Origin: a virus
Lineage: Duplodnaviria; Caudoviricetes
Virus record (IMG/VR): IMGVR_UViG_3300023435_000009
Strand: one strand, 5' to 3'
DNA length: 64,000 bases
The notes under the pieces were generated by a model. That model had not been told where the DNA came from, did not search any database, and saw only the letters and a program-made list of their open reading frames with translations. Each line of letters opens with the position of its first letter. Position 1 is the first letter of the stretch. Below are positions 40,751-49,706 of this stretch, piece after piece. The position numbers and the translations under genes were made by a program.

Positions 40751-40867
40751 TCGGTGAGTTGGTTATAAGGATCCCTGGTTAGGCGTAGCATGGAGGACAA
40801 ATAGGCATTTGGCTTTTTATTTGAAGACACCCTCACTAGGACGTGACGGGGGGGAAATACAGACTAG

Positions 40868-42256
40868 ATGAAGGTTACCCGAATACTCTTTTCCAAAAAC
40901 CTCAATGCAGGTAAATTCACTGCCTTAGAGGAACAAGCGCACCGATTAGGGGAACTTCGTTCAGAAATATGGCAACGATTCGGATCTGTAAATGGGGTGG
41001 GAAAATCGGATAGGGAAATCCGGGACGAATGGCTGCAACAGAAGAAAGAGTTTGATGTTCCAGCCAACGCCTGGAAAGAAACCCTAAGGGATACTGTTTC
41101 TGACATCAAGACCTCTAGGGAAGCAGCAAAGGTCAAAGCAAGAAAAGCGGTTTGCCGCCACACAACTGACGTTGCTGAAAGAAAGTGTCTGTATACGCTT
41201 CTTAAGTCAGATAATTGGACCACCGATCCTTATTTGACTCGTATCATGCGAAAGTACTGGAAGCGAGGACACAACCACACCCATAATCAGATCATCGTTC
41301 GTACTGACAACTACAGGACTTTTGAACTCGACGGTAGCGTTTGGCTTAAGATACCAGGGTTAACACCACGAAAAAGGATCTCGATTCCCTTAGACACTAA
41401 CGTACACCCAACAGGTACTCTCCGACTGATCCTTCGAGGTGGTAAGGTTGAGATCCATTATCAAATCGAGGTCAAAAAGGAAAACCGTCACGGAGACAAA
41501 ACACTTGGGGTGGACAAAGGTTACACGGAAGTCCTTGTAGATTCTGACGGAGACCACCATGGGGAAGGATTGGGGAAACTGTTGTCCTCAGAGTCCGGTT
41601 ACCTGAAGGTCAAATACCAACGACGAAACAAACTCAAGGCAATTGCTAGGAACAAGCCTCATAAAAGGGTGGACATCGAACGAAACAATCTTGGTCGAAA
41701 GAAACTTGATCGACGAGATCGGGTTGTAAAGGTTTGTGTTCGAGACAAGGTTTTCAAAGCTGCTCATGCTGTTGTTGATAAAGCAGCAGTAGTGGTTGCT
41801 GAGGATTTAACCTCACCTATTCCTTCGAAAAGATCTTATGGGAGGAATATGAACCGGCGACTTTCCGCTTGGACCAAGGGTGTCATTGCGGAGAGTCTTG
41901 ATTCCGTATCTCAGCGTAGAGGTTCTACGCTTGCGCTCGTTAATTGTGCATATACATCGCAAGTGGATTCTCGTTATGGTGTTCTTCGTGGACGTCGTAA
42001 GGGGGATTCGTTTTACTGTTTTGATGGGGTTGTTTTGCACTCTGATGAGAATGCTGCACGAAACGTTTTGGCAAGACATTACGACTTTGAGATAGGTCGT
42101 TGGACTCCGTACCGGAAAGTTCGGGGTATTTTGCTTGAGCGGACTAAATGCCATCGGTTGGGACTGCTCAACCTGGACACCAGTTGCAGACCGGAGGGTC
42201 TATCAACGGTGAGCGAATTACCTTTGCAAGGTAAGGGGCAATTATGCCATGCCTAA
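40868..42256 (+). CDS. tnpB: Second, unrelated TnpB-family RNA-guided endonuclease (462 aa), no adjacent transposase
   Basis: RuvC-I LGVDKG, RuvC-II VVAEDL, AYTSQ, RuvC-III SDENAARN. AT-rich island between structural genes. Confidence 0.9.
   Translation: MKVTRILFSKNLNAGKFTALEEQAHRLGELRSEIWQRFGSVNGVGKSDREIRDEWLQQKKEFDVPANAWKETLRDTVSDIKTSREAAKVKARKAVCRHTTDVAERKCLYTLLKSDNWTTDPYLTRIMRKYWKRGHNHTHNQIIVRTDNYRTFELDGSVWLKIPGLTPRKRISIPLDTNVHPTGTLRLILRGGKVEIHYQIEVKKENRHGDKTLGVDKGYTEVLVDSDGDHHGEGLGKLLSSESGYLKVKYQRRNKLKAIARNKPHKRVDIERNNLGRKKLDRRDRVVKVCVRDKVFKAAHAVVDKAAVVVAEDLTSPIPSKRSYGRNMNRRLSAWTKGVIAESLDSVSQRRGSTLALVNCAYTSQVDSRYGVLRGRRKGDSFYCFDGVVLHSDENAARNVLARHYDFEIGRWTPYRKVRGILLERTKCHRLGLLNLDTSCRPEGLSTVSELPLQGKGQLCHA
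42130..42250 (+). ncRNA. Putative omegaRNA of TnpB2 overlapping its 3' end
   Basis: Non-conserved coding tail after RuvC-III, with hairpins AGACC-GGAG-GGTCT (42188-42201) and TTACCTT-TGC-AAGGTAA (42218-42234). Position fits TnpB biology; boundaries are uncertain. Confidence 0.5.
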
Positions 42257-42270
42257 AGGAACAGTGACGG

Positions 42271-45200
42271 ATGAGCACAAATAACATCCCCCTTGATCCC
42301 TGGCAGGAACCATTGGCCAACCTGACCACCGTTCCGGCCACCAAGGTTCTGGAAGCCTCTGAGATTCTTCAGGGGTTCATTGGTTCCTGGGCCGGATCCT
42401 ACGCTTTCGATACGGGTACTTCTGGGGACATCTCGTCCGCTGACATAAGTACCCCTAACCCCCGGCGGATCAAAAAGTCCAAGATTGGGGATCCGGGACA
42501 CCCCGAGATCAACTTCGCTCCTTACAACTTCCGCACGAATAGGTTCGGACCGAAGGGTGGATCCCTGATTGGACATCCCATCTCGTTTGAGCCGGTGGGT
42601 CCGACGCTCAAGGCGCCTGATTCAGACTCCTACTACTGGGTTCTCCAGCAGGGCACAGGGACTACGGGGGATACGTTTACGCTCGCCGGTGGTAGCTTCA
42701 CGGCGATGCTAGACATTTTTGGGATTGACATCCTTGACCGTTTTCCGGGGGGGCTCTACGTTTTCATTAACCAGACGGGCGACGAAGGACCCTTTACTGG
42801 CGGCGGTGTGGGTGATGGGAACAGCATGGTCCCGGACCTGACTCCGAACAGTGCCTCCAGCAAAGGTGAAATCTTCCGAGTAGTTGCCGTCCGTGCTTCT
42901 GAGCTGACACTGGACTACACCAAGCGTGTTGGCACCTACTTTACGGCAGCGGCTAATCCCTGTTCCGTGCGGGGGGTTACGATTGTTCAGCCCCGTGCGA
43001 CTCGCATGACAGCTATCCCTGAGCCGGGCGTGGCTAAAGGACATGAAAAGACTTTTGCCGTTGTGTCGCCCGTTAGGGCGCTCAACACGGACGAGCAGTA
43101 TCCCTATAAGGACTGGCTGGCAGGGTTCACAGAGTACTGGCTGGCTAACGGTGGTTCTACCATGCCGGTGGGGCTTCCCTTTGACTACCGCAACAAGCCC
43201 TCCCTGCCCGTCCCCCGTCCGAAGGGGCACACGGCAGCACGTCTGTACGGGGGTGTCCCTGTCGTACTCCAGGCGGGGTGGATGAGGTTGTTGGAGGCCG
43301 CTGCTGAGTTGGTTGTTGGGGACATCATCAGGGTGTTCGACATCAAGATCGTCGGGAATGCCGGGCTGACAACCAACGTGGCCACCGGGAAGAGGGCTTC
43401 GTTGGACGTCCTCCTGGGATGGTTCGAGGTGATGGCGACTCCCGGTGGTGGTGAGACCTGGGTCCGCCGGATGGAAGAGTGTAATCCCACCACGGGTGCC
43501 ACCTTCTTTGGCACCCCCGAACTCCTCACCCAGGAAATTGCGGTCACACCAACTGACTACATAGAACTGGTCTGCACGGTACACAGTCCGGTCACCACGC
43601 TTTGGAACAATGCCGTGACTGGCAACTATTTCGACGTTGACGCCGTGGATTCCGCTCGGTTGACCAACATCATCAACCCGGACTGGGTTGAGAGTACGAT
43701 GAAGTCCATGGGTGTCGAAGACGCTGGGATCAACCCTGGCCGAGCCGACCGTGCGGTCTTCGACACGAAAGGGCCGGGTACTCCTGGGAACAATGTCAAT
43801 CCTGGCAATTTGTTGGACCTGGGCTTCCGCATGGTCTTGTTCCCGGCGATGGAACACCTTGTGGATGACCCGGCGGGCGCTCCACTGTCCCTGAGTGTTA
43901 CTGGTCCAGACTGGAGCCGTCCTATCACATCCAACGAGGTGGTGCTCGATCCTTCGAAGCTGGATGAGAAGCAGTTCATCACGGTAGACTATTCTAACGG
44001 ACTGGTGCGGCTGTCCCATGCCCCACAGACGGGTTCAGATCTCGACGCTACCAGTTACGGTGCTGATAATCCCAGAGAAGAGTTGGTTCTGTTTGCCTGC
44101 TGCGTACCCTACTCGATGGAGGAGGGTCAGCTTGGCAGCGGTGTGCGTGTCACAGGCTCCGATGCCCTGCCTGTCACAGGCGCTTGTGTTGCTGACCCCA
44201 CGGGGTCTCCTGAGCACGCTGATGTGTACAGTAATCGTTTTTTTGCGGCCCTCTCTACTCAGGTGATTAACAGTAGCCGGGGCGCAGGAACGACAATCAC
44301 ACTACAAGGTTGGGTTGCCGATCAGATCCCTCCCGGTGGTTTCGTAGAACTGGTTTGGGGTGAGACGCCCTATGGTGACCCACTGTTCAGTGTGGGAGTT
44401 TCAGGCTTGAGAGGTTCCATTTTCGGTTATGCAGGAGTGGTTGAAGCTGTTGTAGGTCCCGACAATGTCACGAACTTGACGGGTTGCTACGGCGGGGGGA
44501 TTCTAGCTACGGCTGCTACAGTGGACTCGACGCACCCCGCTAGTGCCGTGTTCAGGCGAGAGTTCCTGACACCCCAGACCGCCACGGGCACCATAGGGGT
44601 GGAGTACCAGTACGACACGACCTACGGGTCTGCCAAGCGGGCCAACGCCCTCCGGTTCGAGTACTCGGGAACGAGGGTCAACACCGATGGGTCTGTCTCG
44701 GTCATCGACCAGAATCCCACGACGGGAGACCAAACTCATCTGTTCGATGACTTGTTCAGTTCTTGGCTGATCCGAGATGGGGCACTGACAACCAACATTG
44801 TAGGGGCAGACATCACCTGTACCGTGGCACCAGCCACGATCATCAAAGAGGGTGTGCGTCAGAGTCCTCCTGCTTTGTCTATGATGATCACTCCAGTAGG
44901 GCTTGGTGTTCACTACCTGTACTACACGTCGCTGCCTGGTGACTGTGTGACCCTGGCTGTGGCCACGACTCTTCCGCTGCCCTCTCCCGAGGACATCCTG
45001 TTGTGGAAGGTTGAGGTGTTGGGCATTGGTCCCATTACCATTACCACAACAGACCTCAGGGCACCCCTCCAGGATGTGGACAAACGGGTCGACCTCTATG
45101 TGGGAGAGAGGGCTCCCCTGGGAGAGGCTGGAGATTGGTTGGCCTACCGCCCGAACTTCGCCACCTTGAGCGAGGCCATCGGCTACGCCAACGAGATCGG

Positions 45201-47571
45201 CAACCCTGATGGGGGCGAGGGTGTGGCACAGATCAGGATCTTCGTGGTGGGTCCGACCTGGGAACAGGACGGAACGTACCCCATCCAGATCAAAACCGAT
45301 GGTATCATCATTGAGTCGGCAGCGAAAGAATCGACAGCCATACCATACACAGAGATTTGTTGGGGGGATGAAGCAGCAGCGACCGCCCGTGAGCCGCTTC
45401 TGGATCTTAACGGGCATTCCAACATCGTGATCCGGGGGGTGGCCTTCCGGTATCTGTGGCAAGGAGGGGCACTCCCGACCGATGCTGACCCTCTGGGAGC
45501 CTTCGTCCTGACCAACAAGGCGGCAGGATCCACCTGTACCAACATCACGTTGGAGAACTGTCGCTTGGCCGAGGGGGATGGGTTCTTCACGGTGAATTTA
45601 GGCGACTGCGTCAACCTTCAGATCAAGAAGAACGTCGGTCTGACCCTGTACACATCCGGTGTCCATGTCCGGTTGGCTTCGGGACTCAAGCAGTGTGTGA
45701 TTAAGGATAACACCTTCTGGGGGATTGCCGCTCAGTCAGGATGGCCCCTGGCGGACGTTACCTCGGGCATCCAAATCGAAGGGATCGGTCCGGTGCTCTC
45801 AGCGGGTCGGGATATCACAATCGACCGGAATGACATCCGTCGTTTCAACCATGGCATTTTTGCCAGTGCCTCAGGCTCTGGGATTGCCACCCCCTCATCG
45901 GACATTGGGGGGATCAACGTCAGGCACAACCGGATCTGGGACACAAGGGGTCCGGGCGCTTTGATTATAGGTCTGGTCGGGGAGGTGGCCTACAACTTCC
46001 TCTACAACGTCCACCTGGACATCCCCCCCGTGACAGTACCGAGAACGTGGCGAGCCGGGATGAAGATTTCGACCCTATTGGTCAACTACTCGATGCAGGG
46101 TTTCGAGGTGATGGGCAATAGCATCTACATGGCCTCGGACTTTGACACGGCGATCCCTGGGGCTGCCCTGTATGTGACGACCGAGATGGCCGTGACTAAG
46201 GCTGCACCCGGAATCATCCGTAGGAATGACTCCCATGTGGTGGGGGCGGTGGGTATTCATATAGCACCTGTTTCTGTCCTTGCAGGTACGGGTTGTGTTC
46301 TGGAAAGTCACTCGGACAACTGGATCGTGGTAGGGCAAGGGAATAGCATTGTTCACAACTCGATGCCCCGTATCTTCGTCAACTATGACCATTACGGGTG
46401 GTTCGTTGAGACGACCTACACACCAGAGACTTTCATCGACATCTACGAGTCGAACTACGTTGCCCACAACACGTTCGAATTTACCGTTTCCCCAGATGGG
46501 ACGTTAACGGTGTTTGGTGTGAAGACTGTGTTGGAAGGGAACCGGATCGAAGGGACGGGGACACTTGGCATCGGTTGTTATGTGAATGACGACTGCCGCT
46601 TGGTAGACAACTACATCGAGCACCTGAAGACACCCTATTTCTGGCCTGATCCTGTTACGCCTACTTTACGTAAAGCAAATGATTTGCTGATGATGGGTAA
46701 CACTGTCATCCACGTAGGGGAGGATGTCGCAGGAACAGAGGATGGTGGTTTGTTTGGAAAGGCTCAAGTCTGGGAATCCAACATAATCAGGGCAACGGGC
46801 CTGGCTTTATCCGAGGCCCAAGTCCTTTTTACGGGCAACAGATTTGATGCTACCTCCAGTGTTACCCTTTTGGTGGGCGAAACAGCCGTTGTCAACAGTA
46901 ATGAGTTTCTTTCTGTCGGGGACATAATTGTTACGGTAACCTCCGGTACCATTGTGGGTAACGTTGTTCAGTCCTTTAATGGTGATGTCACTGTCCTCTG
47001 TGGTACGGATGACAGTGCCACCGTAGTAGGCGACAATAAGGTAAGTACTGTAAAGTCTGGGGGAGCCGCAAGTCTTGAGGTGCAGGGTACCTTGTGTACT
47101 GTGTCAGGAAACAGGGTTAGCCATCTTCTCGTGTCAGCAGAAAGGACCACTGTTCAGGGAAACAACGTAGGACCAACTATTGATCCCTATTACGCCTTGG
47201 ATATTGGCGGCACGAAATGTACCGTGACAGGTAACTATGTAATGGGAACGTTGCGGGTAATTTGGAATAACGCAACCCCTATTATTGATGACGTGACCAT
47301 CCAGGGGAACAGGGTAGAAACGAGCGGGGCGGGGGACATCCGCATCGAGTGTAATTCCAACCTTACCATTTACCCTAATTTCCTGGTACTGGGTAACTGG
47401 GTTGAGAATGACATTGTTCTTTACGATGTGTTTGCGTTCGCCTCAGTGGCTCCTCCGGGGACAGTTCACTATGTGTGTCAGGGGAATAGGGCAACGAACG
47501 TGCTGACACTGAATCCGAACCCCACACAGTACCCAATTCCCGCTCTGGTGGATGACTACAATATTGATTAG
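42271..47571 (+). CDS. Tailspike/receptor-binding protein with C-terminal right-handed parallel beta-helix (1766 aa)
   Basis: FATLSEAIGYA entry motif, then repeated NITLENCRL / VIKDNTF / ITIDRNDI / VSGNRV / IQGNRV Asn-ladder repeats typical of pectate-lyase-like folds. Confidence 0.75.
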   Translation: MSTNNIPLDPWQEPLANLTTVPATKVLEASEILQGFIGSWAGSYAFDTGTSGDISSADISTPNPRRIKKSKIGDPGHPEINFAPYNFRTNRFGPKGGSLIGHPISFEPVGPTLKAPDSDSYYWVLQQGTGTTGDTFTLAGGSFTAMLDIFGIDILDRFPGGLYVFINQTGDEGPFTGGGVGDGNSMVPDLTPNSASSKGEIFRVVAVRASELTLDYTKRVGTYFTAAANPCSVRGVTIVQPRATRMTAIPEPGVAKGHEKTFAVVSPVRALNTDEQYPYKDWLAGFTEYWLANGGSTMPVGLPFDYRNKPSLPVPRPKGHTAARLYGGVPVVLQAGWMRLLEAAAELVVGDIIRVFDIKIVGNAGLTTNVATGKRASLDVLLGWFEVMATPGGGETWVRRMEECNPTTGATFFGTPELLTQEIAVTPTDYIELVCTVHSPVTTLWNNAVTGNYFDVDAVDSARLTNIINPDWVESTMKSMGVEDAGINPGRADRAVFDTKGPGTPGNNVNPGNLLDLGFRMVLFPAMEHLVDDPAGAPLSLSVTGPDWSRPITSNEVVLDPSKLDEKQFITVDYSNGLVRLSHAPQTGSDLDATSYGADNPREELVLFACCVPYSMEEGQLGSGVRVTGSDALPVTGACVADPTGSPEHADVYSNRFFAALSTQVINSSRGAGTTITLQGWVADQIPPGGFVELVWGETPYGDPLFSVGVSGLRGSIFGYAGVVEAVVGPDNVTNLTGCYGGGILATAATVDSTHPASAVFRREFLTPQTATGTIGVEYQYDTTYGSAKRANALRFEYSGTRVNTDGSVSVIDQNPTTGDQTHLFDDLFSSWLIRDGALTTNIVGADITCTVAPATIIKEGVRQSPPALSMMITPVGLGVHYLYYTSLPGDCVTLAVATTLPLPSPEDILLWKVEVLGIGPITITTTDLRAPLQDVDKRVDLYVGERAPLGEAGDWLAYRPNFATLSEAIGYANEIGNPDGGEGVAQIRIFVVGPTWEQDGTYPIQIKTDGIIIESAAKESTAIPYTEICWGDEAAATAREPLLDLNGHSNIVIRGVAFRYLWQGGALPTDADPLGAFVLTNKAAGSTCTNITLENCRLAEGDGFFTVNLGDCVNLQIKKNVGLTLYTSGVHVRLASGLKQCVIKDNTFWGIAAQSGWPLADVTSGIQIEGIGPVLSAGRDITIDRNDIRRFNHGIFASASGSGIATPSSDIGGINVRHNRIWDTRGPGALIIGLVGEVAYNFLYNVHLDIPPVTVPRTWRAGMKISTLLVNYSMQGFEVMGNSIYMASDFDTAIPGAALYVTTEMAVTKAAPGIIRRNDSHVVGAVGIHIAPVSVLAGTGCVLESHSDNWIVVGQGNSIVHNSMPRIFVNYDHYGWFVETTYTPETFIDIYESNYVAHNTFEFTVSPDGTLTVFGVKTVLEGNRIEGTGTLGIGCYVNDDCRLVDNYIEHLKTPYFWPDPVTPTLRKANDLLMMGNTVIHVGEDVAGTEDGGLFGKAQVWESNIIRATGLALSEAQVLFTGNRFDATSSVTLLVGETAVVNSNEFLSVGDIIVTVTSGTIVGNVVQSFNGDVTVLCGTDDSATVVGDNKVSTVKSGGAASLEVQGTLCTVSGNRVSHLLVSAERTTVQGNNVGPTIDPYYALDIGGTKCTVTGNYVMGTLRVIWNNATPIIDDVTIQGNRVETSGAGDIRIECNSNLTIYPNFLVLGNWVENDIVLYDVFAFASVAPPGTVHYVCQGNRATNVLTLNPNPTQYPIPALVDDYNID

Positions 47572-47580
47572 AGGTGACCG

Positions 47581-48372
47581 ATGAGGGTACTCGTAGATCT
47601 TGGCAGCCACGTTGGAGGCGTCCCCGCTATCACACAGGTGGAGCGGGTTCCTGACGCTGGCGTTGGCGTGCCCATCAACGGGAAGTACGTCCTGCCCATC
47701 TTCCCAGGTGCGGAGTTCCCGATCACGGCGGACTCCTATGTGTTGGACGGGGGCGGAGACGTTGACGGTGAGGATGTTTCCAGCATCTCTTTCGCTCATC
47801 TTCTTGCGGCATATCCGCAGTTCGGGAACATCTACTTCAACCCGCTCCTTACGGCAGCCAACGTAGGGGAACTGGACCCGACCCTGGCGTTCCATGATCC
47901 CATCCTCGGTGTGGATGTCACCCCCAGATATCAGTCAGGACGAGGTCCTGGGCTCAATGATGGGCAGATGCCTACACACACGGCGCTCCTCGGGCAAAAC
48001 TTCCTTACGACCCCCGTCCGTCCTGGCCTCCTGATCTCGGACAACATCGACATCAGCCCCTATGCGGCGGCTGGTGCTGATGAGTTCATGGTCTACTGGA
48101 AGATTTTGGAGTTCAGCGTCACCGAGGACATCTGTGCTGATTTCGGTGTGTTGGCGGGACAGAACACTCCTGCCATCCGTACCGTAGAGGAAACAGACCA
48201 GGAACCGACCGGGTTATCCTTTTATATTTCCCCAGATAATGGAATGCACTGGTGTGAAACAGGATTTTTGGAACCAGTGGCCTTCTGTGCGAAGACGACC
48301 GCTTTCCGGGTTGCCTTCCGCAGTTCCTCACTGGACAAGATTTACCTGGCGCACTTTGCAGTGCTGTTCTAA
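47581..48372 (+). CDS. Hypothetical protein (263 aa), probably virion-associated
   Basis: SD GAGGTG; typical codon bias; operon context. Confidence 0.75.
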   Translation: MRVLVDLGSHVGGVPAITQVERVPDAGVGVPINGKYVLPIFPGAEFPITADSYVLDGGGDVDGEDVSSISFAHLLAAYPQFGNIYFNPLLTAANVGELDPTLAFHDPILGVDVTPRYQSGRGPGLNDGQMPTHTALLGQNFLTTPVRPGLLISDNIDISPYAAAGADEFMVYWKILEFSVTEDICADFGVLAGQNTPAIRTVEETDQEPTGLSFYISPDNGMHWCETGFLEPVAFCAKTTAFRVAFRSSSLDKIYLAHFAVLF

Positions 48373-48382
48373 GGAGATAGAG

Positions 48383-48658
48383 ATGCGGATCACAATGGAC
48401 GACCTGGCCAACAGCACGAACCTGATCAGGGTTCTAGATGCTGAAGGTAACCAGATGGGCTGCTTGCACTGGGTGAACCTCGTAACCCATGAGTGCGGAC
48501 AGGCTGTTTTGGGGGAGCCCCAGTTGATCCAGGCAGGAACGTCTGAGTTTCCTGTGTCCACTAATGAGCGCCGGGTCCTGACCAATCCCGATGGTACTGT
48601 GAAGACGCAGGTCGTGAAGTACAGTCGGATCGAGATTACCGCCCGACAGGCACAGTAG
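48383..48658 (+). CDS. Small hypothetical protein (91 aa)
   Basis: SD AAGGAG at 48371-48376, then ATG 48383 (MRITMDDL...). The track's upstream start lies inside the previous gene. Confidence 0.65.
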   Translation: MRITMDDLANSTNLIRVLDAEGNQMGCLHWVNLVTHECGQAVLGEPQLIQAGTSEFPVSTNERRVLTNPDGTVKTQVVKYSRIEITARQAQ

Positions 48659-48667
48659 GGGTAGTGC

Positions 48668-49705
48668 ATGACTCAGGCATCCACAGTTCAGACACTGCAC
48701 AAATGTTCCAAATGCGGGGGGTCCGGTGAGTGCCGTCCGGGGTTTCAGCATTGCCGAGACTGTGAACGGAAATACGGACGTGAACGGTATCAAAAGCAGA
48801 AGGCTAGATGGGCAAAGTACAGGGAGGAGAATAGGGAGCACTACCGGGCACTGAACCTTGTGATCTCACGCAGGCGAAAAGCTGAGAGGCAGCAGGAGAT
48901 TGATCGTTTGAAGAGTGTTCCCTGTAAGGATTGTGGTATGAGTTACCCTCCTTATGTGATGGATTTTGATCATCTGGATCCAAGCACAAAGTTGTGGAAC
49001 ATCAACCATCTCATACACAAAACGGCTGCTCCTTGGAGCAGGCTTTTGACTGAAATCAACAAGTGTGACGTGGTTTGTGTGCGTTGCCACAGACTAAGAA
49101 CTTGGCACCCTCCCAAGCAGAGTAGCACACGCACCAGGTTGGTTCAGTCGTTGAAGGCTGTCCCTTGTATTGACTGTGGGGATACATTCCACTACAGCCA
49201 GATGGACTTTGACCATGTCCGTGGGAAAAAGCTGTGCTGTGTTCCACATGCCGGTTCAAAGGCAGCCATTCGGACAGAGGCTGCCAAGTGCGACGTGGTT
49301 TGTGCCAACTGTCACCGGGAACGGACACAGCGGAAACTGATTAACCCCAGGCGGAACAACACGGGTTTGGAACTGAGATGGCAACGAAAAACGACGGGGC
49401 CACAAACGCTATTTGCTCCTGCCCCTCCTGTGCCGGAACGGCATAGAAGTTGGCATGCTCTGGTTGGTACAATGTCTGACGTAGCAGTAGCTAAAGAAGG
49501 GGGTGTGACCCCTGCTGCAGTTTGTGTTTACAGGAAAAAGATCGGGGTGCCCGTTTTTTGTCTGGACATTGCCCAACGGTATCCATGGCATCCCCTTGCA
49601 GGTACGGTGTCTGATGGGGTGCTTGCCTCACAATGGGGCCTGACAAGAAAAACTGTTGGGAGACACCGGCAATTATACGGACTTCCCGTTTATCGGAGGA
49701 AATAG
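48668..49705 (+). CDS. Free-standing endonuclease with two tandem HNH domains and two C-terminal HTH-like repeats (345 aa)
   Basis: CKDCG...MDFDH...KCDVVCVRCHRLRT and CIDCG...MDFDH...KCDVVCANCHRERT; N-terminal CxxC/CxxC; repeats WHALVGTMSD...RKKIGVP and WHPLAGTVSD...RQLYGLP. Confidence 0.8.
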   Translation: MTQASTVQTLHKCSKCGGSGECRPGFQHCRDCERKYGRERYQKQKARWAKYREENREHYRALNLVISRRRKAERQQEIDRLKSVPCKDCGMSYPPYVMDFDHLDPSTKLWNINHLIHKTAAPWSRLLTEINKCDVVCVRCHRLRTWHPPKQSSTRTRLVQSLKAVPCIDCGDTFHYSQMDFDHVRGKKLCCVPHAGSKAAIRTEAAKCDVVCANCHRERTQRKLINPRRNNTGLELRWQRKTTGPQTLFAPAPPVPERHRSWHALVGTMSDVAVAKEGGVTPAAVCVYRKKIGVPVFCLDIAQRYPWHPLAGTVSDGVLASQWGLTRKTVGRHRQLYGLPVYRRK

Positions 49706-49706
49706 A

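Noticed and set aside
10310-42211. Shared 9-mer TCAACGGTG near tnpB1's left side and in tnpB2's 3' region
   Set aside because: Too short to exceed chance in 64 kb, and the flanks do not align.
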